A stretch of 50,049 nt of DNA from a virus (IMGVR_UViG_3300036859_001054:1-50049), one strand, 5' to 3'. Positions 7,535-17,899 are shown, counted from the stretch's first letter. The notes: generated from the sequence alone by a model not told the origin. Program-made: numbers and translations.

Positions 7535-7789
7535 TCAGCTCGCGGGGTGCGCTTCCTTGCTCTCGATCCCCTTCGGCCGCACGATCTGGCCCGACGGCTT
7601 CGGGGGCGGCTGCACCAGCTGGTCTTTCTCGGGGGTCGCGATCCACTCGAGGACCTGGGCGTGCCGCCGCTTCAGGTCCTCGAGCTTCACCAGGTCGGGG
7701 ACGGCCTTGTCCTTCTTCGATGCGAGCGCCGAGATCCGGAGCTCGTAGGACTTCGCCTTCTCGATCAACTGTTCGACGCGCGTCTGCAT
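7535..7789 (-). CDS. Hypothetical coiled-coil protein
   Basis: GAGGAGG RBS; operon packing. Confidence 0.7.
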   Translation of the reverse strand: MQTRVEQLIEKAKSYELRISALASKKDKAVPDLVKLEDLKRRHAQVLEWIATPEKDQLVQPPPKPSGQIVRPKGIESKEAHPAS

Positions 7790-7801
7790 GACGCCTCCTC
7801 T

Positions 7802-8209
7802 TTACAGCTTGAAGATCTTGTTGGCCCCGTTGTCCCAGGCGACCGTGATGTCGCCGCCGTTCGGGGTGGTCGGGAAACCCGTCCCCGTGTCGTGGTTGAA
7901 GATCAGGCGGCTCGTCGACTCCGTGCCGGTGTGCTTGTAGCCGTCGATCGACTCGAACTGGTCGCCTACGACCAGCGCGAGCACGACGTCGTTCGCGTCC
8001 GCCACGCCATCGGTCACGGTCTTGCCCGCGAGCGAGCCAGAGACCGCGACCCGCGCGGCCGCGAGGATGTCGTCGAGGTTGTCGTCGGTCGCGAGGTTGG
8101 GGACGTCGTCATCCTCGTCGTGGAGGATGATTCGGATGTCATCGGTGTCCCAGTCGATCGACCCATCGAGGAAGCCCTGCCTCCCCTTGTCGTACAGCGC
8201 GTTCGCCAT
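7802..8209 (-). CDS. Conserved small phage structural protein
   Basis: MANALYDKGR...PTTPNGGDITVAWDNGANKIFKL, a pattern typical of actinophage-like minor virion proteins. Confidence 0.8.
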   Translation of the reverse strand: MANALYDKGRQGFLDGSIDWDTDDIRIILHDEDDDVPNLATDDNLDDILAAARVAVSGSLAGKTVTDGVADANDVVLALVVGDQFESIDGYKHTGTESTSRLIFNHDTGTGFPTTPNGGDITVAWDNGANKIFKL

Positions 8210-8222
8210 GATTCCTCCGTAG

Positions 8223-8696
8223 TTATGGTCCCTTGGGGGTGATTCGTCCCGTCGTGATGAACTCCCATGCGGCCTTCACGATCAATGCCGCCAGTGCGAG
8301 CGCGGCCGCCATGAAGATCTTCGCCCATGTCCGGTGGGCGCTCAGGTGCTTGTCGAGGGCCTGCGCGACGGGGGCGAACTCCTTCTCCTTGTGCTCCCGC
8401 AGCTCCGTCGCCGGCGCCGACGCCAGGCGCTCCAGCTCGGGGTTGATCTTCTCTTTCTGCTCGTCGAGGCGCCGATGCGCGGCCTCGGTCGCCATCTTCA
8501 GGCGCTCGTTCTCGCGGGCGAGCTGGAGCGTGTGATCGCTGAAGGCCTGGATGTGGCCGGCGAGCGCGGCGTTCGTGAGGGACAGGGCCTTCTCGATCCG
8601 CTCGTTGCCCTGCTCCATGATGTCCTTGATGTCGTCGAACTTCTCCTTCTGCTCGCGACGGGCCCGCTCGAACTCGTCCCGAATCTCCTGCTCCAT
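8223..8696 (-). CDS. Coiled-coil protein with C-terminal TM helix (holin/XhlA-like candidate)
   Basis: IFMAAALALAALIVKAAW hydrophobic segment; start MEQEIRDE. Confidence 0.6.
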   Translation of the reverse strand: MEQEIRDEFERARREQKEKFDDIKDIMEQGNERIEKALSLTNAALAGHIQAFSDHTLQLARENERLKMATEAAHRRLDEQKEKINPELERLASAPATELREHKEKEFAPVAQALDKHLSAHRTWAKIFMAAALALAALIVKAAWEFITTGRITPKGP

Positions 8697-8728
8697 CTGC
8701 GGCTCCCTCTCGGGCTGGTTGACTGCGA

Positions 8729-9754
8729 TCAGATCTGGCTCACCCGGGTCGTGTCCTTCGGCATCGGCGCGCCGAGGAGCGGCCGCACGATGAGGCCCCA
8801 GGTAAAGGCCCGGGCACTGGCCACGTGGGCACCCTTGAAGGTGCGCTCGAGGTCGAACCTCCGGACCGTCGTCACGAACTTGTCGTCGCCCACGCCGCCG
8901 GCGACCCGGCGGAAGACCTCGTCGGCCACCATCGAGCAATCGAACTCGAAGTCGGACTCGGTCCAGGTGACCCCGTTCGACACGATCTTGAAGCGGATCC
9001 TGTTGTCGGGGCCGCTCGGGGCGTACATGCCGTCGGGTCCGTTCTTCGAGAATGCCGCGTAGAACCCGACAACCTCCATGGAGCCGTCGACGTCGATGCC
9101 GTTGTCGTCGGCCGCGCCGGGGAGGACGATCGAGGTGGAGCCCTGGATGTCTCCGATGAAGTCCGTCTCGCCGTCGAAGATCCCGATCATCCGCGGCGCC
9201 GCGATCCCCGCCTGCAGCGTCGAGTACCCGGGCAGGAGCGTTCCCAGCCGCTTGAAGGTCGTGAGCTGGAAGCCGTCCCAGGTCATCGAGTAGACGTAGA
9301 GGACGCCGGGCGTCAGCGTGTCCTCATAGAACTGGGGGACGCCGGTGGACGGGATCCCGACGTAGATCGTCTTCGGGAGGCCCGTCAGGATCGCGGCCGC
9401 GTTGATGACGACGTCGCCGTCCAGCTCTACCCGCAGCATCGCGCTGCCCGTGTTGATCCACGCCACCGAGATGTCGGTGTCGCCCAGGAGCGGATCCGCC
9501 ACCGGCCGCCGGCCGACCGTGATCTGCGACCCGCCGGAGTAGCCGTCGATGTCGAGCCGGTAGCTGGCCTCGCCCACGATGCCCGGGCGGTCGAACGCGT
9601 CGAGGATGAGGCGCGCCCCTTCGCCGGCGATCGCGGTGAGCTGCTGATAGATGTCGACGAATGCCGCCTCGATCAGCGTGAAGTTATTGTTCCACTTCGA
9701 GATGTGGTCCGTCATGGAGCCGATGAAGGCCTTGAACAGCAACGGGGCGGGCAT
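8729..9754 (-). CDS. Putative tail/baseplate protein
   Basis: Position in tail operon; AGGAG RBS; beta-rich. Confidence 0.7.
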   Translation of the reverse strand: MPAPLLFKAFIGSMTDHISKWNNNFTLIEAAFVDIYQQLTAIAGEGARLILDAFDRPGIVGEASYRLDIDGYSGGSQITVGRRPVADPLLGDTDISVAWINTGSAMLRVELDGDVVINAAAILTGLPKTIYVGIPSTGVPQFYEDTLTPGVLYVYSMTWDGFQLTTFKRLGTLLPGYSTLQAGIAAPRMIGIFDGETDFIGDIQGSTSIVLPGAADDNGIDVDGSMEVVGFYAAFSKNGPDGMYAPSGPDNRIRFKIVSNGVTWTESDFEFDCSMVADEVFRRVAGGVGDDKFVTTVRRFDLERTFKGAHVASARAFTWGLIVRPLLGAPMPKDTTRVSQI

Positions 9755-9780
9755 GGGTCAGCTCCTCTCTCCTGGATTCG

Positions 9781-10467
9781 TCACGCGGGCACCTCGATCA
9801 CTTCGCGGATCATTCCCTGCAGCACCTCGTCCGGCGAGGCCTGCAGCGGCTCATCCGGATCCGCCTGCAGCGGCTCCAGCCGGATCACCACCCGGCGCTC
9901 GACGGCCGATGACCCGGGCACCTGCGCGGCCGCGAGGTACGGATCCTCGACCTCTTCCTCTGGGCCGACGACCAGGCGCCCGAACGCGTTGCGGCCGCGG
10001 ACCAGCTGCAGCGGCTCGTCCTCGTCCTCCTGCAGCTCCTCGGCCGGGTTCGCCTGGAGGACCTCGAGCTCCCAGTCGATGTCGGCCACGAACCGGAGGC
10101 TCAGGTCGGCGTAGTTGTGGCGCACCTCGATGAAGGTCCCGTTCGGGACGTCGCCTCCAAAGCTCACGCCGGCGGGCATCGTCTTGGCGCGCCCCGTCAC
10201 CGTGTACTTGCCCTCGCGCGATCGCTCGAGGGTGACCGGCTGACGGATGTCCGTCACGAGGGCCTTCGCAATCGGCGCGATGATCACGCCCTCGAGCGTC
10301 CCATCCCCCACGACTTCGAGCGGCCCAAGGTAGACGTCGACCACCCATTCCTTGTTGCCGTCGCCGTCCGCGTCGACGTAGGCAGGGACGGACGCGGTGA
10401 CTCCGGTCACCCACCGGCGATGGGCGATGAGTTCGCGTCGGCCGAACTGCGCGACGTTGCGGGTCAC
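9781..10467 (-). CDS. Putative tail tip protein with acidic LQ-repeats
   Basis: GTGA overlap with the upstream stop; LEVLQANPAEELQEDEDEPLQ and LEPLQADPDEPLQASPDEVLQ. Confidence 0.65.
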   Translation of the reverse strand: MTRNVAQFGRRELIAHRRWVTGVTASVPAYVDADGDGNKEWVVDVYLGPLEVVGDGTLEGVIIAPIAKALVTDIRQPVTLERSREGKYTVTGRAKTMPAGVSFGGDVPNGTFIEVRHNYADLSLRFVADIDWELEVLQANPAEELQEDEDEPLQLVRGRNAFGRLVVGPEEEVEDPYLAAAQVPGSSAVERRVVIRLEPLQADPDEPLQASPDEVLQGMIREVIEVPA

Positions 10468-10718
10468 TTCTTCTCCTGGGCCTTTCCACCTTTGGGCTTG
10501 AGGGGCAGCGCGCGCACCTGCCACGTGGCGCCGACGACGATCCTCCCGCCATCCCGCGTGATGGTCGGGATCCCCTCGACCTGGCAGTCGCGATCCGCGC
10601 AGAGCTTGACGACCGCGTCGAGGCAGTCCTGGGCGCGCTTCTTGTCTCGCGCCTCCAGCTGCTCCTCGAGGGTCGGGAAGATGTCCTGCGGCTTCTCGAC
10701 CTTGTTCTCTCTGCTCAT
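10464..10718 (-). CDS. Hypothetical protein
   Basis: AGGAG RBS; operon packing. Confidence 0.65.
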   Translation of the reverse strand: MSRENKVEKPQDIFPTLEEQLEARDKKRAQDCLDAVVKLCADRDCQVEGIPTITRDGGRIVVGATWQVRALPLKPKGGKAQEKK

Positions 10719-10727
10719 GCGGTCTCC

Positions 10728-11159
10728 TTAGTCGAAGGTCGCCCTTTCCTTCTTCGCTTCGATCGCCGTGCGACCGACCGTCATCGACGCGCCTCCCGGC
10801 TGCGAGTTAAGCGCCGCCTGAAGCTGGACCGGGCCCGGGTTCACGCCCATGAGAAGAAGGGCCCAGATCTTGAAGCAATGGTTGCCGTTTCCGATCGCGC
10901 CGCCGATGGGGCTATCGAAGCCCGCGAAAAAGACGGGGGCGCCATTGTCGAGCGAGGCGTGCCCTTGAATGACCGCTCCGCTGGGCCCGGTGAACTGGAG
11001 TCGACCGCCGCCTCCTCCTTGCACGTTCACGCGCCCCTCGATCTCCAGGACGAAACCCGCCTCCGTCTCCTGCTGAGAGAAGGTGACGTAGACCTCCGGA
11101 TGGTTCTCGAAGGTCGTCGATTCGACCACCAGGTTCTCGCGGCTGAATTGGACGGGCAT
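10728..11159 (-). CDS. Hypothetical beta-sandwich virion protein
   Basis: Follows the fibre gene; RBS present. Confidence 0.65.
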   Translation of the reverse strand: MPVQFSRENLVVESTTFENHPEVYVTFSQQETEAGFVLEIEGRVNVQGGGGGRLQFTGPSGAVIQGHASLDNGAPVFFAGFDSPIGGAIGNGNHCFKIWALLLMGVNPGPVQLQAALNSQPGGASMTVGRTAIEAKKERATFD

Positions 11160-11174
11160 AAGCTTCCCCCTTCT

Positions 11175-12986
11175 CTAGGCTGCCGAGGTGTACTTGTGCC
11201 GGTAGCCGTACCAGTCCACGTACATGAGGCGGGCCGTCGTGCCCGCGGACTTCTGGATCGTGAGGCGGGGTGAGACTTCGCGGCCTGCCGCCGTCGGGAT
11301 GTTCGTGGTAATCGGGTTGCCGCCCACGGCCACGCTGGTGTCGTCGATGAAGAACTCAACCGATGTCGCGGCCGCGTTGATCTCGAACCGGAGTTTGATC
11401 CAAGTGTCGGCTACTACGGCCACTCCGCTGTCAACTGAAGTCTCCGTTCCGTTGTCCCTCGTGCGGATGAGCCAGTTGGCCGACGTGTTCCGGTCGTACG
11501 CGAAGTAGACCCAGTGATCGGTCCCCGGGGTCGCCTTGTTCGAGAGGCCGACATAGACGTCGTACTCTTGCGCGATCGTCGAAAGGTCTTCGAGCCGGAG
11601 CATTATTTCGATGGTCAGCGCGCCGCCGCCGAGCCGGACGGACTGCAGACCCAGGTGGAGGCTCGCGCGCCCCGTCGTAGTCGTCCCCGTCGAGAACTCC
11701 GCGATGCCGGTGTGATTGGTGTCCGTCGCCAAGCCAGTGTTGAGCGTGACGGCGCCGCCTGTTCCCTGATGCTCTCCGCGCCAACCCATCGAGCCGCCTT
11801 CGAGAGCGGAGTGCCAATGCTCGACCCACGAATGGCCGCGGCGTCCCATCCAAGAGAGGTCCGCCTGCTCGATCAGTCGCGAGATGACCCCCGTCGCCTC
11901 AGCCGCATCCGCGAGGAAGGCCTGATCATCGGCGCCGATTGACTGCGCGACCCAATTCGAGCCGTCGTGGAAGAGCCCGTCGCCCAGCGCTCCGGACGGG
12001 AGGCCCGCGCCGAAGGGGCCCGTAACCGTGCCGCCCGAATTGCGAACGAAGAGTCCGCCGCTCTTGGCGTAGAAACGCTTGAAGCCGGCCGACGGGGCGG
12101 TCGGGTCGGATCCCTGGTCATCGAGGTCCACATAGTCGTCGATGTTAGGCGTCGAGATCGTGGGCGAGGTGGCCAGGGCGACGGCGCCGGATCCGGTCGT
12201 GCCGTTCGAGAGGTCGGACGCGGCGAGCTGGGAAACCGTGATAGCGGCGCCGGGGGACGATTGACGCAGGACCTGGCTCGCGCCGCCCGTGCCGGAGAGA
12301 TCCGCTGCGGTGCCGCCTCGGATGAGCGCCACGCGGGCGTTGACGTCGAGGCCCGCGTACCCGCTGGCGATGTTCTTCTGACTCTCTCGCTCGTATTGAG
12401 AATGCGGATCCGCGGCCGCCTCGTGATTTGAGATGGACGTCGTCACTTCGCTGTCGCGCGCGATCCCCGGCGGGATCTGCGCGTCGGGAACGAAGGCCGA
12501 GCCGTCGAGGGATGCATACCCGCCGGCGCCCCCCTTCTCGGATTCCTTCTGATACTGGCCGTGGGGATCGGAGAGTCCCTCGTGAACGGCGACGGCGCCC
12601 TGCGCGATCGTGAGTGCCTCGGCGTCGGTCGTGTATTGGGGGTGAGGGTTTCCGGCGGCCTCGTGTGCGGCGACGGCGCCGAGCGGTTCGAAGCTGCCGA
12701 CGGTGAGCTCCTCGAGCACCCATCGCCCGGGCTGGAACTCCTCCAGCCAGTCAGGCTTCAGGATCGTGGTGCCGTTGTCGGCCGCCACGAGTGACGAGTC
12801 GAAGAGGTAGCGGGCCCGGCCTGGGAATCCGTGCGCCGCCACGATGATCTCAACACCCACGTGCGTCTCGGGGATCTCCCGCACCCCTTGGGTCGTGAAG
12901 GTCCGGCCGACGGGGATCGGCTTGAAGGGCAGCGTCGTTGGCGTGTACGTGCGCTTCTTCGGGGTGATCTGCGGGGTGCAGCTCAT
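11175..12986 (-). CDS. Tail fibre / receptor-binding protein
   Basis: Three HExxx(D/N)PHxQY repeats, GYAxLD repeats, ADNGTTI...GRW motif, lectin-like C-terminus; true start MSCTPQ overlaps the upstream stop. Confidence 0.85.
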   Translation of the reverse strand: MSCTPQITPKKRTYTPTTLPFKPIPVGRTFTTQGVREIPETHVGVEIIVAAHGFPGRARYLFDSSLVAADNGTTILKPDWLEEFQPGRWVLEELTVGSFEPLGAVAAHEAAGNPHPQYTTDAEALTIAQGAVAVHEGLSDPHGQYQKESEKGGAGGYASLDGSAFVPDAQIPPGIARDSEVTTSISNHEAAADPHSQYERESQKNIASGYAGLDVNARVALIRGGTAADLSGTGGASQVLRQSSPGAAITVSQLAASDLSNGTTGSGAVALATSPTISTPNIDDYVDLDDQGSDPTAPSAGFKRFYAKSGGLFVRNSGGTVTGPFGAGLPSGALGDGLFHDGSNWVAQSIGADDQAFLADAAEATGVISRLIEQADLSWMGRRGHSWVEHWHSALEGGSMGWRGEHQGTGGAVTLNTGLATDTNHTGIAEFSTGTTTTGRASLHLGLQSVRLGGGALTIEIMLRLEDLSTIAQEYDVYVGLSNKATPGTDHWVYFAYDRNTSANWLIRTRDNGTETSVDSGVAVVADTWIKLRFEINAAATSVEFFIDDTSVAVGGNPITTNIPTAAGREVSPRLTIQKSAGTTARLMYVDWYGYRHKYTSAA

Positions 12987-14614
12987 GCTTCCACCCCCGC
13001 GATCTCGACGGCGTCCACGGGGCGCGTGGTCCCATCCGCCACCTGCCAGCACGTCAGCTGCAGGATCGGCATTTCTCCGCGGCGGTAGGTCCTCGAGGCC
13101 GACGCGATGTAGAAGCGGTCCCCGTTCGAGAGCTCGATGACGTCGTCGACCTCGAGGAGCGGGTCGTCCAGGATCTCGATCTGCCAGACCTGGTCCTTGA
13201 CGAGCTCGCGCTTCAGGAGGTCCTCGCAGCGTTCGTCGAGCTGCTCCATGGTCGAGATGAAGTCGTTTCGGAGCTCGAGCGTCCGCTCCTCCTCGGGGAG
13301 AAGGCCCTCGATCCCGTGCTTGGCGACGAGCTCCTGATAGACGAACTCGAACGGGTTGCCCCAGACCTCGTACTTCCCGCGCGCGATGTGGCTCGTCGCC
13401 CAAAGGAAGCCGAGGAGCGCCGCCCAGGCCGCGAGCTCGAGCCCGAGGCGGATGATGGCGAGCACCGTGCCGGCGGGCCCGCCCGACTGTTGGACGATGT
13501 AGTCGATGATCGCGATCGCGATGCGCGCCGCGAGGTGCGTCACGAGGAGGAAGGCCTGCACGTTGGCCAGGTACCGGGTGTTGATCTCGAGGCGGCCATG
13601 GAACTCGTCGACCTGCGTCCAATCGGCGTCTGCCCAGCGGATCCGCTTCACCGTGACGAGGTAGGTGTCCTGCACGCGCTGGGTGTGATCGGCCGAGAAG
13701 TAGACCTCCTCGTCGAAGTCGCGCTCGAACCAGCCGGTCGTCGGGGCGAGCTCCACGATTCGCTGCGCCTCCTGGACGATCTTCGTCAGCTCGTGCGCCA
13801 GGCCGCGGAGGACCACGACGTTGTTCACATCGACCTGGTTGGGCTGGCCGCGCGCCGATCGGACGACCGGATCCCCCAGCGGATAGACCCGGGCCGCCGG
13901 CTTGTCGAGCCGGACGTCGACGGCGACGAGGCGTCCCTGCGCGTCGAACTTCGGCTTCTTCCCCACGGGGAAGAGGCACTCGTAGATGGCCTGCAGCGCC
14001 GGCAGCTCCACGATCTGGTTCGTGACGTGCTTGAGGGGGAAGCCCTGCGAGCCGAAGAGGATCTCGTCTTGGCCCAGCTCCATGTGCTCGCGCGCGATCG
14101 CGAGCGCCATCGCGCCGAGGTCCGTGTCGGCCGGGAAGCTGCGCGTCGTGACTTGGAGGTTCAGGTACCGCTCCTCGCGGCCGTAGGCCGTCGCGGTGAG
14201 GCCCTTCGTCTTGTCCGCCGGCGTCCCGGGATCCTCGCCCGGGCGGCCGCGGAAGGTGCCGGTGAAGACGATCGTCCAGTCCTCCTTCGGTATCCGGCGG
14301 TCGCCGGCGAGGACCCGCACGATCACCCCGTCCTCGACGAGGCCGCGGCGCAGGCCCGCGTTGGGATTGCTCGTGAAGCTGAAGTCCGCGCGGGGGAAGG
14401 TCGGATCGTCGCCGGACTCGAAGCCGCTGTTCTCGGTGAGGCCGATCTCGACGACGTAGGGCGTGAGGTCGCGCGGCGCGGCCAGGGCTCGGCCGCTGGC
14501 CACCTCGTTGATCGTGGTCTCGGCCGGATCCCAGACCAGGACCCGCCACGCGGGGTACCGAGTCAGCGATCCCGCGATCGCATTCAGCCACGTGCCTGAA
14601 AGCAGCTGGCGCAT
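12983..14614 (-). CDS. Tail hub / baseplate (Tal-like) protein
   Basis: DLTPYV N-terminus and DPLLEVDDVIEL C-terminal hub motif; position downstream of tape measure. Confidence 0.75.
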   Translation of the reverse strand: MRQLLSGTWLNAIAGSLTRYPAWRVLVWDPAETTINEVASGRALAAPRDLTPYVVEIGLTENSGFESGDDPTFPRADFSFTSNPNAGLRRGLVEDGVIVRVLAGDRRIPKEDWTIVFTGTFRGRPGEDPGTPADKTKGLTATAYGREERYLNLQVTTRSFPADTDLGAMALAIAREHMELGQDEILFGSQGFPLKHVTNQIVELPALQAIYECLFPVGKKPKFDAQGRLVAVDVRLDKPAARVYPLGDPVVRSARGQPNQVDVNNVVVLRGLAHELTKIVQEAQRIVELAPTTGWFERDFDEEVYFSADHTQRVQDTYLVTVKRIRWADADWTQVDEFHGRLEINTRYLANVQAFLLVTHLAARIAIAIIDYIVQQSGGPAGTVLAIIRLGLELAAWAALLGFLWATSHIARGKYEVWGNPFEFVYQELVAKHGIEGLLPEEERTLELRNDFISTMEQLDERCEDLLKRELVKDQVWQIEILDDPLLEVDDVIELSNGDRFYIASASRTYRRGEMPILQLTCWQVADGTTRPVDAVEIAGVEA

Positions 14615-14618
14615 CGTT

Positions 14619-16031
14619 CTATGACCCCTGCTCCGTGGGGAATCCGCCGATGTCGCGCGCCTTCGGGCCGGCGACGAGGATGGGCGCGCTCCGCTTCCGC
14701 AGCGGTGACCCCAGCGTGTCGTCGTCCAGCCAGACCTCGTAGTAGGCGACGTCCGCGGCCTTGTCCGCGTCGTAGTCGAGCGCGATCCGGTGCCGGACCG
14801 GCGCAGCGTAGGGCCCGCCCAGTGGCGCCTCTCCGGAGGCTGCCTGCAGCGTCGTGTAGAACTCGTCGGCCCCCACCTGGGTCAGCTTCGCGCCCTGCGG
14901 GTCGCCTGCGCTGGCCTCGAGCTTCCACTTCCGGACCACGAGACGCGGCGTCCCCACGGAAGCGCCGTGGATGCCCACGATGACCAGGGGCTGGGGCACC
15001 GGGCCCCCCGGCCAGACGACCGGTGGCGGGCCATGCGGATCTCCCTCGCCCACCGGCGTCCCAGGCACGCCGGGGCAATCGGGCGGCGGCGGATCGCCGC
15101 ACTTGGTGAAAAACTCCTCCTTCACCTCCGTATAGTTGTGCGGGCTGTTGCAGATGACGGTCGGCGCGCCGAGGACCTCGATCCAGACCGGCGAGTCGAC
15201 GAAGTAGACGGATCCGGCCTTCGAGCGGAAGCGCGCCGTGAGCTTCTTCTGCCCGGGCGTGTTCTGGACGTTGATCTGCCGGAGCGTAGAGATCTCCGCG
15301 TCCGTGATCGGCTCCACGGCCGTCCCCACTCCCTCGGTCCCGGGCACCTCGTCGAAGAAGGAGACGAACTTGGCGCCCCCATAGGCCTTGGCGAAGCCAG
15401 GCTCGATCTCCGGATTGCCGTCGCGGTGGAGGGCGAGGAACTCGTCGTTCCAGCTCGGCATGAAGTCGACGGGGATGGTGAGCCACGGCCCGCCGCCGAT
15501 GATGGAGAACTGCCGGAAGACGGGCAGCAGCGTCGTCGGGTCGAGCGCGGAGAAGCCGCCCACCGTGACGATGTCGGGGTCCTTCGACTTGATCCAGAAC
15601 TCCCGCTCGACGGCGCCGCGCTTCGAGTCCCAGCGGATGAAGTTCCGACGCGCCCCGGTCACCGGAGATCCCGCGACCGTCGTGCCGGCGCCGGCGAGGA
15701 ACTCGAGGGCGAGGATCCCCGGCGCGGCCGCCAGGACCTGCGACCGCAGGTTCAACCCGAGGTTCGTCCGGTCCTGGTAGAGATAGACGGCGGTGAGGAT
15801 GTCGTCGATCCCCAGCGCGTACTCCGTCCGGACGCCGAGGCCGGAGAGGATGGGGTTGCCGCGGGTGGATCCGCCGCGGTTCATCGTGAGGCCGATCTTG
15901 GCGAGGACCTGGTTGGCGTTCTCGAGTGGAGAGTGCATGGCGGGGACCGGCTGCCGCAGGCGCGGGGCGTCCGCCCTGGTGACCCGCCAGTAGTCGGCGG
16001 GCCGATGGACTCCGTGCGACTGAAGGGCCAT
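14619..16031 (-). CDS. Putative minor tail protein
   Basis: Position; Pro/Cys-rich linker before a C-terminal beta domain. Confidence 0.7.
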   Translation of the reverse strand: MALQSHGVHRPADYWRVTRADAPRLRQPVPAMHSPLENANQVLAKIGLTMNRGGSTRGNPILSGLGVRTEYALGIDDILTAVYLYQDRTNLGLNLRSQVLAAAPGILALEFLAGAGTTVAGSPVTGARRNFIRWDSKRGAVEREFWIKSKDPDIVTVGGFSALDPTTLLPVFRQFSIIGGGPWLTIPVDFMPSWNDEFLALHRDGNPEIEPGFAKAYGGAKFVSFFDEVPGTEGVGTAVEPITDAEISTLRQINVQNTPGQKKLTARFRSKAGSVYFVDSPVWIEVLGAPTVICNSPHNYTEVKEEFFTKCGDPPPPDCPGVPGTPVGEGDPHGPPPVVWPGGPVPQPLVIVGIHGASVGTPRLVVRKWKLEASAGDPQGAKLTQVGADEFYTTLQAASGEAPLGGPYAAPVRHRIALDYDADKAADVAYYEVWLDDDTLGSPLRKRSAPILVAGPKARDIGGFPTEQGS

Positions 16032-16034
16032 GTC

Positions 16035-16601
16035 CTACACTCCGATCGCGACGATCTCGCCCGCGGGGTGGAAGAACTCCTGCGGGATCCGGAACGATAC
16101 GGTCAGCTGCTCGCGCATGAACCAGGGCTTCTCGATCCCCAGCTCCTCGATGACGAATTCGTCCGGCTGCCCGCAGATCACATCGAGGAGCTCGATGTGG
16201 AAGCGGCGCCAGGTCTTGTCGCGCGGGATCCAGCCGATGTACTGGCCCGGCGGCAGCGGGTCGATCAGGTACCGGTGGAATTGCCGGAAGAGCTCGGTGA
16301 AGGTCGAGAGCTGCTCGGCGACCCACACCTCTTGGATCACGACCGCATCGGAGGGGTCCGGAAACCAGGCCGTCGCCTGGGCGGTGAGCGTCTGGATGGA
16401 TGCGCTGCGGTTCCTCTCGAGCTGGCGGTAGCCGAGGTTGATCGTCTTGTCCGGCATCCGCGGGTAGATGATGGGGTCGTAGTAGGGGTGCCGCATCTGG
16501 CGGCCGCCGCCGTGCTGCGGGAAGTGGCGCGGATCGCGTCTGCGGTTCGGGCGATGCCAGTCGCCCCACGGGTCGAAGGAGTCGTTGTCGTAGTCCGACA
16601 T
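16035..16601 (-). CDS. Putative distal tail protein
   Basis: Start MSDYDND with GGAAGG RBS; position. Confidence 0.6.
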   Translation of the reverse strand: MSDYDNDSFDPWGDWHRPNRRRDPRHFPQHGGGRQMRHPYYDPIIYPRMPDKTINLGYRQLERNRSASIQTLTAQATAWFPDPSDAVVIQEVWVAEQLSTFTELFRQFHRYLIDPLPPGQYIGWIPRDKTWRRFHIELLDVICGQPDEFVIEELGIEKPWFMREQLTVSFRIPQEFFHPAGEIVAIGV

Positions 16602-16645
16602 CCTTCCGCGGCACACCAGGTCCATCTGCCAGCGCTCCGTTCTGC

Positions 16646-17206
16646 CTAGTCCACGCCGGGCGTCGCGATCTTCTCGTCCCGGACCAGCACCAAGCTCAGG
16701 ATGTTGTTCTCGCCGATCGTCACGTCCTTGGTGATCGAGATCCGCGCCCTCTCGCCCGTGTCGAGGCCTCCGAGGTCGTCGATCTCGGCCGCCTGGGCGT
16801 TGACCTTCGAATCGAAGAGCCGCAGGCGATAGCTCGTCATGACTCCGGCCTTGTTGTAGACGACCAGGTCCTGGATCGCGTTCTCGCCGAGGATCCCCAG
16901 CGTCCGCTCGAGGCGGAAGAGGATCTCGAGGATGTCGTTGCCCAGCGCGTTCGTGTCGAACACGAAGTAGGAGACCGTGATCGTCTCCCCGCCGGCGAGG
17001 ACCCCGTCCCATTCGATCTCGACGTGGGTCGCGTCCGATCGCCGGACCGTGGCGCCCCGCGCGGCGCCGGCGCGGTTGTCGCGGACCGTGGCCACGACGT
17101 AGGTCGAGCCGTCCTTCGTGGCGAAGGGGATCGTCCGGCTCTGCGGGCTCGTCTGCGGATTCGTGAACTGGATCCGCTCGTGGTAGACCAGCGTATGGCT
17201 CGCCAT
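16646..17206 (-). CDS. Putative virion protein
   Basis: RBS; position in tail operon. Confidence 0.7.
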   Translation of the reverse strand: MASHTLVYHERIQFTNPQTSPQSRTIPFATKDGSTYVVATVRDNRAGAARGATVRRSDATHVEIEWDGVLAGGETITVSYFVFDTNALGNDILEILFRLERTLGILGENAIQDLVVYNKAGVMTSYRLRLFDSKVNAQAAEIDDLGGLDTGERARISITKDVTIGENNILSLVLVRDEKIATPGVD

Positions 17207-17224
17207 CTATTCCCCCTCCCGCAG

Positions 17225-17884
17225 TTACTTGTAAAAGAAGCCGCCCTCGAACTCGTAGGTCCCGGCTGTCGTGATGTTGCCCGTGTGCCAGAGGTGGACC
17301 GCGGCCTCGGCCTGGGGCGGGATGATGAGCGGACCGAGGTTCACGACTCGGCCGACGCCGCCGGCGCCACCCAGCGTCCCTTCCTGGTGCTTGTCCGAGC
17401 CGAACTGCAGGAGCAGCTCCTCCCCGACCTGGAGGATCGCCGTCCGGAGCTGGGCGCGCGCGAGCTTGCGGACGTTGGCGGTCTCGGCCGACAGCGTGAC
17501 GTCGCCGAAATGAACCACGACGTCGGCCGATGGCGCCGCGACGTCGCCGTTCGGGTTCACGGGTGTGATCGCCGTGCCGCCGCCGGTCCGCCGCGTGGCG
17601 CCGAAGTCCAGCGCGATCGCGACTTCCGACTTGGTCGCGGAGGCGGGGACCACCTTCGGGATCAGCCGGAGGTAGTCCATGAAGAGGTGCTTCCCGCCGG
17701 CGGGGGCGGCGGCCGCGTTGTTGCGGATGAGCGCGACGCAGTTCGTGGCGAGGAACGTCGCGCGGATTGCGTGCGCGATCGCGGTCTCGGGCACCGCGTT
17801 GACCAACTTCCAGTAAGCCCCCTCGTCCGCGAGGACGACGGGGTTGAGGACCTGTCCGATCATCGTGCCCAGTCGATACGGCAT
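17225..17884 (-). CDS. Putative virion protein
   Basis: AAGGAG RBS; directly after tape measure. Confidence 0.7.
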   Translation of the reverse strand: MPYRLGTMIGQVLNPVVLADEGAYWKLVNAVPETAIAHAIRATFLATNCVALIRNNAAAAPAGGKHLFMDYLRLIPKVVPASATKSEVAIALDFGATRRTGGGTAITPVNPNGDVAAPSADVVVHFGDVTLSAETANVRKLARAQLRTAILQVGEELLLQFGSDKHQEGTLGGAGGVGRVVNLGPLIIPPQAEAAVHLWHTGNITTAGTYEFEGGFFYK

Positions 17885-17899
17885 CTCTCTCTCCTTTCG

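Noticed and set aside
5674-12986. DGR or invertible tail-fibre cassette
   Set aside because: No reverse transcriptase, TR/VR pair, invertase or inverted fibre fragments seen
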